A DNA stretch of 64,000 nucleotides from Vermamoeba vermiformis (taxonomy: Eukaryota): NCBI GenBank assembly GCA_045837725.1, contig JBEWZL010000244.1, positions 62,001 through 126,000 of the forward strand, given 5' to 3'. The notes below the pieces were generated by a model that saw only the letters and a program-made list of their open reading frames with translations, did no database searches and was not told the DNA's origin. A program made the position numbers and the translations under genes. This document shows positions 48,593 to 61,800 of the stretch, piece by piece (positions within the stretch are counted from its first letter, which is position 1; each line of letters starts with the position of its first letter).

Positions 48593-49844
48593 TTATTTTT
48601 GAATAAGAGGCTTCTTCTCGTCGACTTTAGGCATCGGAGTTGAATAGCTCGAGAAGCCAGTGATTTGTCTGAGGCGCTTGAACAAGACAATCATGAACAC
48701 GCCGAGCAAGACTACCATCACAAAAATAACAGGCAACACGACGACGAATGCGATAGTAAGGCCTACAAGATCATAGCCGAGGAGGGGTGAAGTTACGGCA
48801 TCGGGGTTGCTTCCAACTCCGGAAGGAGGGCTAGTGTCGAGCGAAATCCAGCAGTTTGACGAACGAGTAGCGCTGAGAGTGGTGTCGATAATGTCCCAAC
48901 GAATGGTGACAGTAGCATTGTTCGGGCTCACATCCAGAACAACCATCTATAAATAGAATAAAATTTAGTAAGCTTGATCCGAATCGCATAAAATGCGTTA
49001 CACAACGTTTGTTCAAAAGCAACCATTGAGTATATTATTTGTTAGTGTAGGTGGATGCTTACCTTAGTCAAATAAGTCTCGCCATATTGGCTGTTGTAGA
49101 TGTTGATCAAGTAGATGTGGCCGACTTGAGGATAGAAGCTGGCAGCCAGTCCTGATTGGAGATTTTGAAGAGGAGAGGTCACATCAGATCCAAAGGCCTA
49201 TATATGCATATTGTATTAGCTACTGTTTCTAAGCAAAGGCTAACGAACTGAAACGTTCGGAAGTTGTGGATTCGCTGGTACTTGCTTGGAAAGCCTGTCG
49301 ATTGTCCTTGTTGTAAATATCGGAAGTGGCATATACAATCTCGTTAGTCTCGAGAGAAATGTGAATAGATGAGTAAGCAGTGTTGCCCAAAATTAATGAC
49401 ACGTTGAATCTGCGACCAAAGTCTTTGTTCGTGCCCAAATCGACGAAAGCGGCACGGTCAGAGCCTAAAATGAATTTAAATTAATTATTATGCCAAGGCT
49501 AGCATTAACTATTGGGTATAATAATTTTACAAGCGGATTTAACAAGCGGCATTTTGGTAATAATTACCTTGAGGAGAAATCGTGATTTTGCTGTCATAGT
49601 ACTGGCCATAACTAAGAGCAGAGTCTCGATTGTAAGGTCTGTAATTTTGGGACATTGATCCAGCGAATCCGTCTTTCAAACTGACCGCTAAAAGAACAAT
49701 TAAGCACAAGAATTATTTGATAGTTATTGTTATTTACTTACATGAAAAATACGGGTCGTTTGCGTAAAGATTTCGCACGCAAGAATCAGCGCAAGCGAAT
49801 GCGACCAAACCGAGCAAAATTGAAGCAATAAGGCTAGCTTTCAT
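48593..49844 (-). CDS. Type I membrane protein, function unknown
   Basis: Signal peptide MKASLIASILLGLVAFACA; TM helix; tail DEKKPLIQK with a dileucine-type motif. Confidence 0.72.
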
Positions 49845-50290
49845 TCTTGTTTATCTATCTCTTGTTATTCAATGAAGAATGGATTACAAATGCGCAGTTG
49901 TTGTGCTTTTAAACTTGCATTTTTGCCTGTGTGATCTTGTCTGTGTCGCAGATCAGACAAACGCACACGGGCTCTAACGAAGTTTCGTATTCCTAAAAAG
50001 TTAAGGAATGAACGGAATGAACCGAACCAAAAAAATGGCGCTCAATAATGTCGAAAAAAGGCCATCCGCTTGGCCGAAACGTTAAACAGAGCTGGTCGGT
50101 GGATTGGCCGGCGATCGTGATCCCTTTTGGCCGAGGTTGAATCATATCATATTACCGACGTGTTATTGTAAACTCTTATAATGGGCTCTAGAGTTAACTT
50201 GAGAAGGCTAACAACATAATTACTTAGTATTCAACGAATCCAATTTTGGCGCAATATTTCGAACTACGTAGCATAGTGTAACACTGTAGA

Positions 50291-50767
50291 ATGGTACGCA
50301 ACAATAGATATTAACTTGTATACGAGTAACATCATCGTCCAGGGCAATAAATTTTCAGAGTTAGATGCGTTTTGGAAAGACAAGACAAATGTTGATGAAG
50401 CGAAGAAAGTCTTCGCTAAATATGACGCGGATAAGAGTGGCTATTTAGATCGCGATGAATTTGCTAAATTTGCTCGCGATTTCTGGAAGTACTTGGAAGC
50501 TAAAGGCGTCGCGAAATATATTTTAGCCGATAAATCCGCGGTAGCATCATTTTTAGACACTAGATTCGATCTATTGGTAAGTACCAATATATTTTTGCAT
50601 TTTTGCCAATATTTAAAAAAAACTAATTATTTTTCGAACGGATGTACCCAAAAAAGCATTGAAATTCCAGTTTAAAATTAATCTATGGTATTTAGGACGT
50701 AGATAAAGACGGAACCATCAGTTTTGAAGAATTTTCTACCAAGATTCATCTTATGGCTACTCACTAA
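50291..50767 (+). CDS. Small two-EF-hand calcium-binding protein, probably N-myristoylated
   Basis: ATG-only exon then MGNKFS; EF loops DADKSGYLDRDE and DVDKDGTISFEE. Confidence 0.88.
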
Positions 50768-50904
50768 CAGCATCCACAAGCCGGTACAAAAAAGATCCGA
50801 TCGACGAAACTCTTAGTGGTATTTGAATCAAAAATGTACCTTCGTCTTTGTATATAAATATGAACAACGTAATCTTCCATTAAGATCTTGTTTAAGTTCT
50901 TCTT

Positions 50905-53900
50905 TTATACAAGTTTTTCAACGTGATCTTCTTTCTTGCTCGTAGCGTCAATGAAGCCCATAAATTTCAGTTCGTTCAATGCCTGCGTAAATCGAGCCCT
51001 TAGAATATTAGTTAAGATCAAATAACAATAAATAAACGTCAGATAAAACGAATGCAGATCCGGATCAGCATTAAAGGATACACCAAGACGTCGTTAGACT
51101 TTTGATCCATATCGACTTTTCCTCCCGAGCCTGTTTTCTTTCCTTTTTTAGGTGATTTCTTCTTAGAATTCGCATTTGTATTGTCTGTCCTCTCTTCGGT
51201 TGTATCCATTGCTGATCCCGCTTTCTCATTGACAACGGATGAGAAATGCATAAACATGTCGTAAAGATTGACTAAACGTCCTGAACTCTGATAGAATTGG
51301 TATCTGTAATAGATTAGAATCAGAAACGTAACGATAATGAACGGATCTGCCGGAAAAAAGCAGGTCGGAAATAAATAGGGCTTACATGATACAAATATCC
51401 TCCCAAGTATGCGATACCATATCATCGCAACATTCGCATGATAAAAAGCTCTTAGGCTTTTTTAGAGCTAACTTGATGTTGCTTCGAACATCAGGGTTGA
51501 GGTACTGGATGCACAAGCGTTAATAACATCGCTAAATCAGTGACAGACTTACGTTTTCTAGCTTCTTTTTGTTATAATAGAATACTTCGTACATCGGGAG
51601 CTCGCTCAGCGGCGCCAAATATTTCCTAAAAAGGAAATTAGAATTGATTGCCTTGTAGTTCTTCTCGTACTTTAAGAAATTAGTTATAAATTCGATAATT
51701 TGGCCCTTTAAGCTTTGGGGCTTCTTTTCGACCACAACAGGCTTTTCAGGACTTTTTTGTGTCACTGCTGCTTTTGTTGATTTTGTTGTAGCGGTCGCTG
51801 CAGCTATGTGGAGCGCTTCTTTTCTATTAAGGGACTCATGTTAGCAATAAATTAATCGCATATGATTATTTCATACCGTTTGGATGCCTTATTCTGAGTT
51901 TTACTCTTGGTCGTTGTTTGTCTGAACGGATTTAGCTGATCTATGTTTTTAAAAGACAAAGTGCGACTTACTTTAACATATTAGATATCTTATCGTCTTC
52001 TTCGACCTCCATAGCATCGGCATCAGCATCATAATTAACTTCAAATAGCCCTTCATCATCGCTCATGTTGTTGTTGTTATTGGTAAGCTGTGACAGTGGC
52101 AAATTGTCGCTTAATACGACGACTTCTTGCTCTGGATCCTGATCTTCCTCGTCAAATGAAAAGGAAACGCTTAAGTCAGACGTTGGCTCCTTCTTTTCGT
52201 TGGGATCTGAATCCAGATCCTCGTTGAAAATAATTAAATCGTCTTCAATGTCCAAAGACTGGTCGTTCATTTGCACTAGATCATCGTCGTCGTCTTGCGA
52301 AATATTTGTGCTCTCAATGAAGTCCTCTTCTTCTGACTGAACTACCTCATCCAAATTTTTGGTAGTCGCAAGCCTAACGAATTGATATTAATCTGTGTAA
52401 TAGGACATGTAAATAGTATTACCTTTTGATAAATTTATCTAACGTATTATAGTCTTCTTCAAGCGCCACACAATTCTTCAAAATCTTTTCCCAGCTCTTT
52501 AGCACGACTGCGATATTATCCGTATTACGGCTATGGAACGATCATTAATACAATATAATTGCGTATACTATTAACTTACTTTAAGTTACTTATGACAAGC
52601 TGAAATCGCTTTGTATTATCTTTTTCGATGAGTTGAAGGTACTCTTTTCGGCTTGACGTAACAACGTTAGATATGACAATATAACTGATATGTATACATA
52701 CTATGAAGAATGGATGCCGTGTATTAGCTGTAGTTTAATCCAGCATCGCAAAGCAAAACTGTGGAATGAAGATTAGTGATGCTCAATGACACGTGTCACT
52801 TTGAAGTGTCATACCTAAATGTGGCATTGTGTCGCTCGAGTTGTTTGACCCAAGTAACGAATCGACTCTTAACGACAGCGTTATCAAGCAGTTGTTTATC
52901 GCTCAAAGGAGGTTCAATTTTGTATCTGAAAAAATGGTTCCTTAGTCACGTGTAGGCAAATGTTAAGAGACTTACTTTAACGTAGCACTAGCTTTTTCAC
53001 CTTTCTTAATACCGTGTGTAAATAGCCACCGCCTGATACGTTCAAAATGTCCGTTCAAAAACTTCGAAGAGATCTTTTGGGCGTCAGTGTAGTGAATGAA
53101 ACTCATTGGGTTCGTGTAAAAATAGTCCAAGATTGCAAACTACACAAATATTAGTGCACCCGTAAAACAATAATTGCTATAACATTACCTTCATATTCCT
53201 AACGAATGCGTTGATCGACAGATTACAATAATCGAAGTTCGTGCACAAAAATTTGAACGCCTTTGGACCAACTTTCAGACAGTAGTCGTCCGATATAATA
53301 AGCTATTTATATTGTTATTAGCATCATATACTATCATACTAATAACAATACGCCTCATACCTTTGTAACAAGATTTTCTAGCACTTCGTGAGTAGGTAAT
53401 ACGTGGAACTTTTCTGTCTCTAATTTAGATGAAACAGACCTATAATTAAGAAGTCAATTATAGATGTCGGGCTTAGTATAACGCGTTGATAATACCAGGA
53501 TAACTGTCTATGAACGGCTTCAATCGACGTGGCTAAACCAATCAACAAAACGATTTGTAGTGACCGCGCGTATTCACTGAATTATGTTAGTATGGAGTAT
53601 ATGACGTTATCTTTGGTCTTTTTTTTACCTGCAGACGAGAATGAAGTCTTGTAGCACCTGCGGATCAAAGTGTTCGAAGTCCTCGAACAAAATCACAATT
53701 TCTAAAACGACAATCAGCATACCAATAGAATAAACGTACCATCGTAGTAATAGCAATAAATATAGTGTGTTACTTACTGGGTTTGTTGTTCGTCTTTGTC
53801 ATAATTTCATTTTGCCACTGCACCAAGTGTTGCATGTTCGGTTCAGTAAGCTTTAGGATTCTTGAGAACTTGTGAAACAGTCAATTGAATGATATTCCTT

Positions 53901-54891
53901 AGTGACGTGCATTCTTGCGAAGATAACGTTGCTACTGAACAAGTGGATCCTTCGAGTTTGCTGATCGACCTCGAGATCAATTGAAACGTCTCCAAATGAT
54001 CAGATACGTCAATCCCTACACGAATATAAGTATCATATGCTATTGTAACTCATTTACAGTACCTGCAAAGATAATTCCTGTCGGTAGTAAAGTGACCGAT
54101 GATTGTTTCGAATAAGCTTTGAAAACGAAGCTGGAAATATCTAACAAAAACTTCTTATGCAACTTTTTCATAGTATCCTATAATAGCATGTCGTTAATAT
54201 TGACATCTCTAGCTTCTAAGCAATCATACTTGAACTGCAGCGTTGAATTTATTGATGCACTTCTTGTACGCATCATAGCGCATTTTGACGAATTCTTTTG
54301 TCTCGCCCTTGAAGCATGGCTCGAACAACATTTCAGGTTCTAGTAAGAGCTGTTAGTATCGCCTTGTATCATTCTATTATCGATCACAAGTTACCTTCCG
54401 AATGTTGTTTTTGGTCCTCCTTCGGGTTGAATATAAAAATACCCTGCAATCGCATTTTAGTGTCCGTATATTGATAATGAGTATTAATATACCTCGTTGG
54501 TTCGTTCAGTAGCCTTGCTTTCGAGCTCCGACAAACTCTTCTCTTTGTTGTATTTAATATTATCTCGTTCATAAATAGTGTCCGACTCTCGTGCTTCTAC
54601 TTGGTCAGCATCTATTTGTAAAATGTCTTGTGACTTGGCTGCGAGCCTTCTTTTTTCTAGAGGTCCCTGTCGTTTTTTACGAGTGGACGTTCTCGTTGGC
54701 GCGAACTAGTACAATTCAAATATTAATAAATTTGTGTATGTTTATTGCAAAATAATGTATTAATGTTTGTGCTCAAAAGAGTCGAGGGATCTGAAGGTTG
54801 ATCTTGAAATAATTAATAAAAATTCCAATAATTCAGCGCTTGTGGGCTAAAATTTTACCTTGTTGATTGTGGTCGATCTGCGTAATGACAT
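50905..54891 (-). CDS. ORC3: Origin recognition complex subunit 3
   Basis: LPTGIIFAGIDVSDH, EDFEHFDPQVLQDFI, LLIGLATS, YFYTNPMS, C-terminal RFTQALNELKFMGFI...DHVEKL. Confidence 0.88.
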
Positions 54892-55306
54892 TTTGTTTCG
54901 TGTTGCTTCGTGCAATTCAAATTATCGACATACAAAATGGCGCGCAACAAGGTTTCAGTTGTAAGCTATTTACAACACAAAAACCACGAGGCAGTGGTCA
55001 AATAGTTAAGTGAATGCGCTTTTGATTTAAAATGGCGGGCGAATAGGAACTGTGGCTTCGAAGCCCTGGTAGAGCAAAAAGATTGCGCAGATTTTTCAAT
55101 TTATTCAATTCCATTATTTAACAAGGTAAGCACAAAACTAATATTACAAACGCGTCATGTTAAAGTTAACCACCAACAAGCAATGGAAATTATAATACAT
55201 ACTATTATAACGGGTAGGAGTCAGGAGGCTACCCCGTTTAGCATAAAATTGGCAATACTAATTTTTAATAAATAAAGAAAAATTAAGAGCGCAGAAGAAG
55301 TGCAAA

Positions 55307-55930
55307 ATGAGCCAGTAAGTAACCGTTGACTATTTCTGACCTAATCGTCGGGAGATTGCACACTCGCTCAACCGAAACAACGCGGCCCGCTTAGCTCAGT
55401 CGGTAGAGCGCTAGGCTTTTAACCTAGTGGTCGGGGGTTCGAGCCCCCCAGCGGGCGTATTCTTTTTTTTTGCTATTGCTTGGCCCTCTGTACCTCGGGC
55501 AGAACCGCAAAACATTTTTGGAGCTTTGGGATTCCAACGTCAACGAAACGGATCTAACTTTTTGAACAGGATCCGCTGCGCTGAATGTAACCAAGAATTA
55601 ACGCCCGCTTCCGGTCCCATCCTGTCAAGCAAAGGCCAAGATTATCACCCTCAGTGCTTCAAATGCGGCTTTTGTGGTAACCAGATTGATAGTGCCTGTA
55701 AGTCTGATCAGGTTGAATTAGATCCGTCTTACTCATTCTTCCAATGCGCAAGATGGTGAACGTGAAGGAAAACGTGCTTGTGCTAACTGCGGTGGCGCTA
55801 GGAGGCAAGGCTTCGTTGTTGATCCGAGGTAAGCTCACGAGGCATAACGCGATCAGATCTAACTTTCTTGTGGATCAGAACTGGTCAAAAGAAACCGGTA
55901 ACGGTCAAGCCACCCATCGCAAAGAAGTAG
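55307..55930 (+). CDS. Small single-LIM-domain protein (4 exons; intron 1 hosts a tRNA)
   Basis: Spliced MSQIRCAECNQE...YHPQCFKCGFCGNQIDSAYGEREGKRACANC...KK*; full LIM Cys/His pattern. Confidence 0.85.
55385..55457 (+). tRNA. tRNA-Lys(TTT)
   Basis: 73-nt cloverleaf with anticodon arm CTAGG-CT-TTT-AA-CCTAG, followed by a T9 terminator. Confidence 0.97.
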
Positions 55931-56009
55931 TTGCAATTATATTTACATTTATTTTCTGTTATTATAAAATGTTGCTGTTTCAGTTCGTGATCTGTCTCTA
56001 TGAACCAGT

Positions 56010-58258
56010 TTACTCGAACTTGATACCTTGAGCAAGGGGCAATTCAGTGCTGTAGTTAATGGTAACGGTCATGCGGCGCATGTATTGCTTCCAGCTGTCA
56101 GAACCGGATTCGCGACCAGCACCAGTTTCCTTTTCACCACCAAAAGCGCCACCAATTTCAGCACCGTTAGTGGGCAAGTTAACGTTGACAAGACCGCAGT
56201 CAGAGCCACGAGCGCTGTGAGCCCAAACGAAGACGTTGCGCATGTTGTTGCTGAACAAGCTGCTGCTGAGACCTTGAGGCACGGAGTTGTTGAGTTCAAC
56301 GGCTTCCTCGAAGGTCTTGAACTTGATAATGTGCAAGATGGGCACGAAGAGCTCCTCCTTGATGATGGGAGCGTCGGCAGGGGTGGCAACCAAAGTAGGC
56401 TCGACGAAGTTACCCTCGAGGGTGACGCCAGCCTTGTTCTTGACTTGACCCTTGAGGACGTTACCGCCCATAAGGATCTTGCCACCTTGTTCTTGGATAG
56501 CCTTCAAGCCTTGCTCGTACTCCTTGACGGCGTTGGCAGTGTGGAGAGGACCCATAGTGGTACCTTGCTCCATAGGATCACCAATGCGGATTTGCTTGTA
56601 GGCAGCCTTCAAGGACTCGATGAAGGAGTCGTAGATGTTCTCGTGCAACAACAAACGTCTGGCAGTGGTGCAGCGTTGACCGCAAGTACCAACAGCAGCG
56701 AAGAGAATGCTGCGGAGAGCCATTTGGATGTTGGCGTCGTCCATGACAACGACGGCGTTGTTACCACCGAGTTCGAGAATGGTGCGACCGAAGCGGCTGT
56801 TAACGGCCTCGCTGATTCTGCGACCGATGGAGGTAGAGCCAGTGAAGGAGATCAAGTTCAAGCTCTTGTCTTGAGTCAACAATTCACCAATGCGACGACC
56901 GTCACCAGAGATAGTGCAGTGAACACCGTGGGGAACGTTGAAGCGATCGAAGACGCGTTGAACGACCTTGGTGATGGCCAAAGAGCACAAGCTGGTGGTA
57001 GTGGCACCCTTCCAGATCTCGCAGTTACCGCAGACAAGAGAGATGGTCATGTTCCAGCCGAAGACAGCCATGGGGAAGTTGAAGGCGGTGATGATGCCGA
57101 CCATACCGAGAGGGTTCCACACTTCCATAATCAAGTGATCCGCACCTAGTTATTGGAATCATATTGATTAGTAACCGGTCGAGCAATAGAAAACGGATCT
57201 ATCAATGAATTTGACACGCGTCAATTGCAATAAAATCTACTTACGTTCAGAGGGCAAAACTGGGCCACCAATAGTACGAGAAAGACCGACAGCCAAGTCG
57301 CAAATATCAATGTATTCTTGGACCTCACCAAGAGCTGTTCATAAAAATTTGTTAATAATCACATCCACGCGAAGTATCACAAAATCAAGAGGTGATTGAA
57401 TTACCTTCAGGCAAAATCTTGCCCATTTCGAGCGAAATTAAGCGACCCAAAGCCTCCTTCTTGGTTCTCAATTCGTCACCCAAAGCACGGATGATCTCAC
57501 CGCGCTTAGGAGCAGGGAGCTAGAATCGAATTTTAGTAATTATGATAAGCCAAGATCAAGATACAGCTGTTGCCGATTTAATTAAAGTCCGCTGATGCGA
57601 TCCAGAGCCGAGATCGAGCACAAAAAAAGTAAACTGAAAATTCTGCAGCTGGATCTGAAAGCATGAAAGTATTAAATCCTAATAAATGCTACTTACGGCT
57701 TGCCATTCCTTGGAAGCTTCCTTCATCTTCTTGGTGCAAGCAGCGTAATCTTCCGCTGAAGCCTAGGTAAAAATTTTCGATGAGACAACTGGTGCATTGA
57801 AAGGGGATCGCAGTGTAGAATCGAGTAAAAAGGGTCGTACTAATTTCTCAATTATCGAATATTTAACTTACTCCGCGGATAGTGGCGATGGGTTTTCCGG
57901 TGGTCGGAGATACGCACGTAATAGTCGGTCCGTTGCCAAACCAAGTGCCGTTGTAAACACCGAGGTTTTCTTCGTGGATATCTAAAGAAATGACGAGTTA
58001 GTTAAAAAGTTCTAGAAGAATCGCTAAACTGAGATGCTGCATCCATTCATTTAGAAAAACCGAAAAAAATTTAATTTTCCTACTTATAATTTTCTCCTTT
58101 CTCACCGATGGTGGAAACAAGGAGAATAAGATTTAAACCATTCATTGCGTAATTTAAAACTGGATGTCCGTTGCAAAAACAGGCGCAGAACGATTAAACT
58201 TACCGAGCTCCTTCAAGAAGTCGGCGTACTCGTTGTAAGTCAAAGCAGAGGCGGCCAT
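56010..58258 (-). CDS. ALDH7: Aldehyde dehydrogenase family 7 (antiquitin)
   Basis: [70 protein letters not shown]. Confidence 0.96.
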
Positions 58259-58837
58259 GATGTGTAAAGAGTCGTGTTGTTGCACTGAAACGTGAATGTA
58301 GAATGGCGTCTCTTTGCAAAACAGTGTTTTTCCATGGAACTGAATGAAATCCACTAAAATTGAACTTGTGCAACAGATCGCATCCAACGAGATCGCAAAA
58401 TAAGCTACTTGATTCCGACATGAATAAATAAGTGCCTTTTTAATCGCTCAAGTCATGTTTAGCCAAAATAAAAAAAGACTGAAATGCATTATACGGATGC
58501 AGCTTTTGTGTGGAAGGAAGAGAGTAAAAATCGCCGAGCGCAATAAAAAAAATAGTATGAATATTTCTAGAAATGGATAGTAGAGCGGTCGTTTGCCGAT
58601 GAGCCTGTTGCAGTTGGAGATTTGGTTACCAGCCATCAGTAGCTGTAATGAAACCAAAGAGAGGAGTTAACACTTAGATCTTCCAATGGCAAGCTTTTTG
58701 TGCTCGTCAGCGATCGAGCAAAATAAATTAAGTTTTTGCCGCCAGCTGGCTGTTTTCTGCACGTCAGACGCGGCTGAAGCACCTCAACAGCTTCTTGTAT
58801 AATATTTTTGTATATAAAATCAATTACCGTGTTTATA

Positions 58838-61800
58838 ATGTCGCAAGAAGACGGAGATCAAGCTACAGCTCCCTACCATTCCGATGACGAGAACGATGAC
58901 AATAATAACGAGAATGTCGAGGCTGAGGCAGGAATTATCGAAAAAATTAGATTAGAGAATTTTATGTGCCATGAGTAAGCTTTTAATTGACACAATAACG
59001 ATAAACGATAGATCCGCTATTCGCAGAAATAATTCTTTCTATATTTACAAAAAAAATATTATTCACACGATAATGGCGAATATATGCAATATTATCCTTT
59101 TGCGATTTTTTTTTGTAACAAGCTAATTATTTTTGCAGTCATCTTGAACTTCAGTTCGGACCAAACGTTAATTTCGTTTGCGGTGTAAATGGAAGTAAGT
59201 ACATGATATTAAGGAAAATAAATTACTGCATTCAAAATTTAATTTGATTCGTTGGAGAGCAGATCGAAAATTTTAAGACTCGGATGTAGCTCCAGAATTA
59301 TTCTTTTTAAATTCTGTTATTCTTTTTATATTACAAATAATTAGTGACTAAAATAAATGCAATAGGTGGCAAGAGCGCGGTGTTAGTAGCGATAACGATT
59401 GCTTTGGGCGCGAAAGCGAGTTTTACCAACAGAGCAGGCAAAATGACTGACTTGATTAAAACTGGCAAGAGGTAATTATATAAGCTAATATTCATTTATA
59501 ATTGCGCCAAAGTCTTTCGGATCGCGCGAGTTGCTTTGACGATCTTGTCAACTAACGCCAATTTAGTTACTGTGCAGTCGCAATTCGCTTACGAAATCGT
59601 GGTGTCGAGGCATACAAACCAGATGTATATGGCAAGTCTATTTGGGTCGAGCGAAGGATTAACAGAGAAGGTGGATCAAGCTACAAACTCAAAGACGAAA
59701 AAGGCAAGAAAAATTTATACCGCAATAGCTTATTAACAGTGCTAACATTTGTTTGTACTTAAAGAGAAGACAGTATCGAACAAGCGTTCAGAATTGAATT
59801 TGATTCTCGAGCAATTCAACATTCAAATTGATAACCCGTGTAATATATTGATGCAAGACAAGGCCCGAGAGTTTTTGGCGAACAGTTCTGCAAACTCTAA
59901 ATATCAGGTACGTGCTTTTAACAATTTTAAAAATGCACGAGTACTCAAGACTAACCTCTATCGCAGTTTTTCTTGGAGGCAACGCAATTAGAGCAAATGC
60001 GAAAAGACCTTCAATTCGTGTCAGAACACATCACGTTAATGAGATCAACGTTGGAAAGAAAGGCCAAGTTACTGCCAGAAATGGAAAATAAAGTCAGAGA
60101 GTACGAACAGGAGCTCGAAGACATCAATCAGCTGGAGCAGATGAAAGGACACTTGAACGAGTTGAAGAATATGGCCGCGTGGGCTATTGTCGTTGACAAA
60201 GAAAAGGAACTCGAGGCCGTTGAGTCCGAGCTCGAGAAACTGAAGAAAGATCTCGACAAGTACATGGGACGACGAGGTCAAGCCACGGTACGTGCACCGT
60301 CATTCTATACTTCGGGTAATATGAACTAACAATTCCATAGAATGACATTGACAAGCTGAAAAAAGCACTGGAGCAGAAGACAGCAGAGGCCACTGAATTA
60401 GCCAAAAAAGTTGAAGCACTCAATGCTGAAATCAATAACATTAACAACGCGCGTAGTGGTCATCAGCGAGAAATTCGTGCAAAGCAAGCTCACCTTCAGA
60501 ACTTGGACAAACAAAAGAAGCACGCGGAGAATCGTTTGAACAACGTAAAGTCTGCCATCAGACAGGAAGAGGACCGTGTGTATTCTGACACTCAGAAGGA
60601 GAAGAACGAGCGTATTGGTCGAATTCAAGAGTTACAGACTGAGCTCAAAGAAAGACAGAAGGACGAGACTAACGTAAGTTACATAATAATAAGCTAGTCT
60701 ATTGTAGAAACTGACACGTGTCGCCAGTTGACAACTGAGTTACGAGCCGTTGAAGAACAACAAAGGGAGTTTGAACGCGAGCTAACGCAACTTGAACGAG
60801 ATATTGGAGAGAAATCGAACAAGCGAAGAGCTATCGATGATCATATCAAGCGCGTCAATGAACAGAAGGCAAACAGAGTTAAAGTCTTTGGCACTCAAAT
60901 GCCCGAGATTATTGCGTTGCTGAACAAGAACAAAGACAAGTTCAGCATTGCTCCGATTGGTCCTTTGGGCTTGCGCATGTCCTTGAAAGATAATGCCTGG
61001 GCTAATGCAATCGAATCCGCCACTGCTGCATCACTGGTACGTCATCCTTAATTAAGTCCTGCATTGTTATTAATCCCGTTGTAGCAATGTTTTATCGTGA
61101 ACAACTATCAAGATGAGCGAACGTTGCGAGACCTGCTGAAAAAAGCAAACCTCCAGTAAGTAGCACTGAAAAACCCGTTTGACGCGTAATCTGATGAATA
61201 TTTAGAGCCCCGCAACTGATCGTCACTGAGTTTTCAAAATCAGTGTACGACATTCCACCTGCCAAGATGCCGGCCAAGGGCTTCAGAACGGTGTTGAGCA
61301 TGATTGAAGCAGACCACCCGATGGTCATCAACGCGCTCATCGATCAAAACAAGATTGAAGCCAAGATCTTGGTTCATGACAGACAACAAGCTCAAAATAT
61401 CATGTTCAATCAACGCCCGCCTAACATCACCGAGTGCTACATTCCTGATGGCTCGCGATTCTTTGTCAGAAACGGAGTTGAAATGAGTGACACGAAGAAA
61501 ATGTTGTCGAAAAGATTGGGTGTTGATTTTGAAGAAAAGCTCAACGAGCTTAACACGGAGAAGGTAAGTTTATTAATACTTCTGCGACATGACCTAATTA
61601 GGAAATTTTACAGCACGCGCTCGACGGTGACATTCAGTCGTTGAAAGAGTCGCACAATTTGAAGAAAAATGAAGAAAAACAGATCCAGATGAAGACTGCA
61701 AAGATCAAGAAGGCGTTGTACGCTGTACAAAAAGAGATTGCAGCGCTCAAGTCCGAGATCCAAGATCTGGAAAATGTGCGTGAAGAAGTCTTGCCGGACA

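Noticed and set aside
56028-57149. 373-aa plus-strand ORF
   Set aside because: Antisense shadow of the codon-biased ALDH7 exon; no independent motifs.
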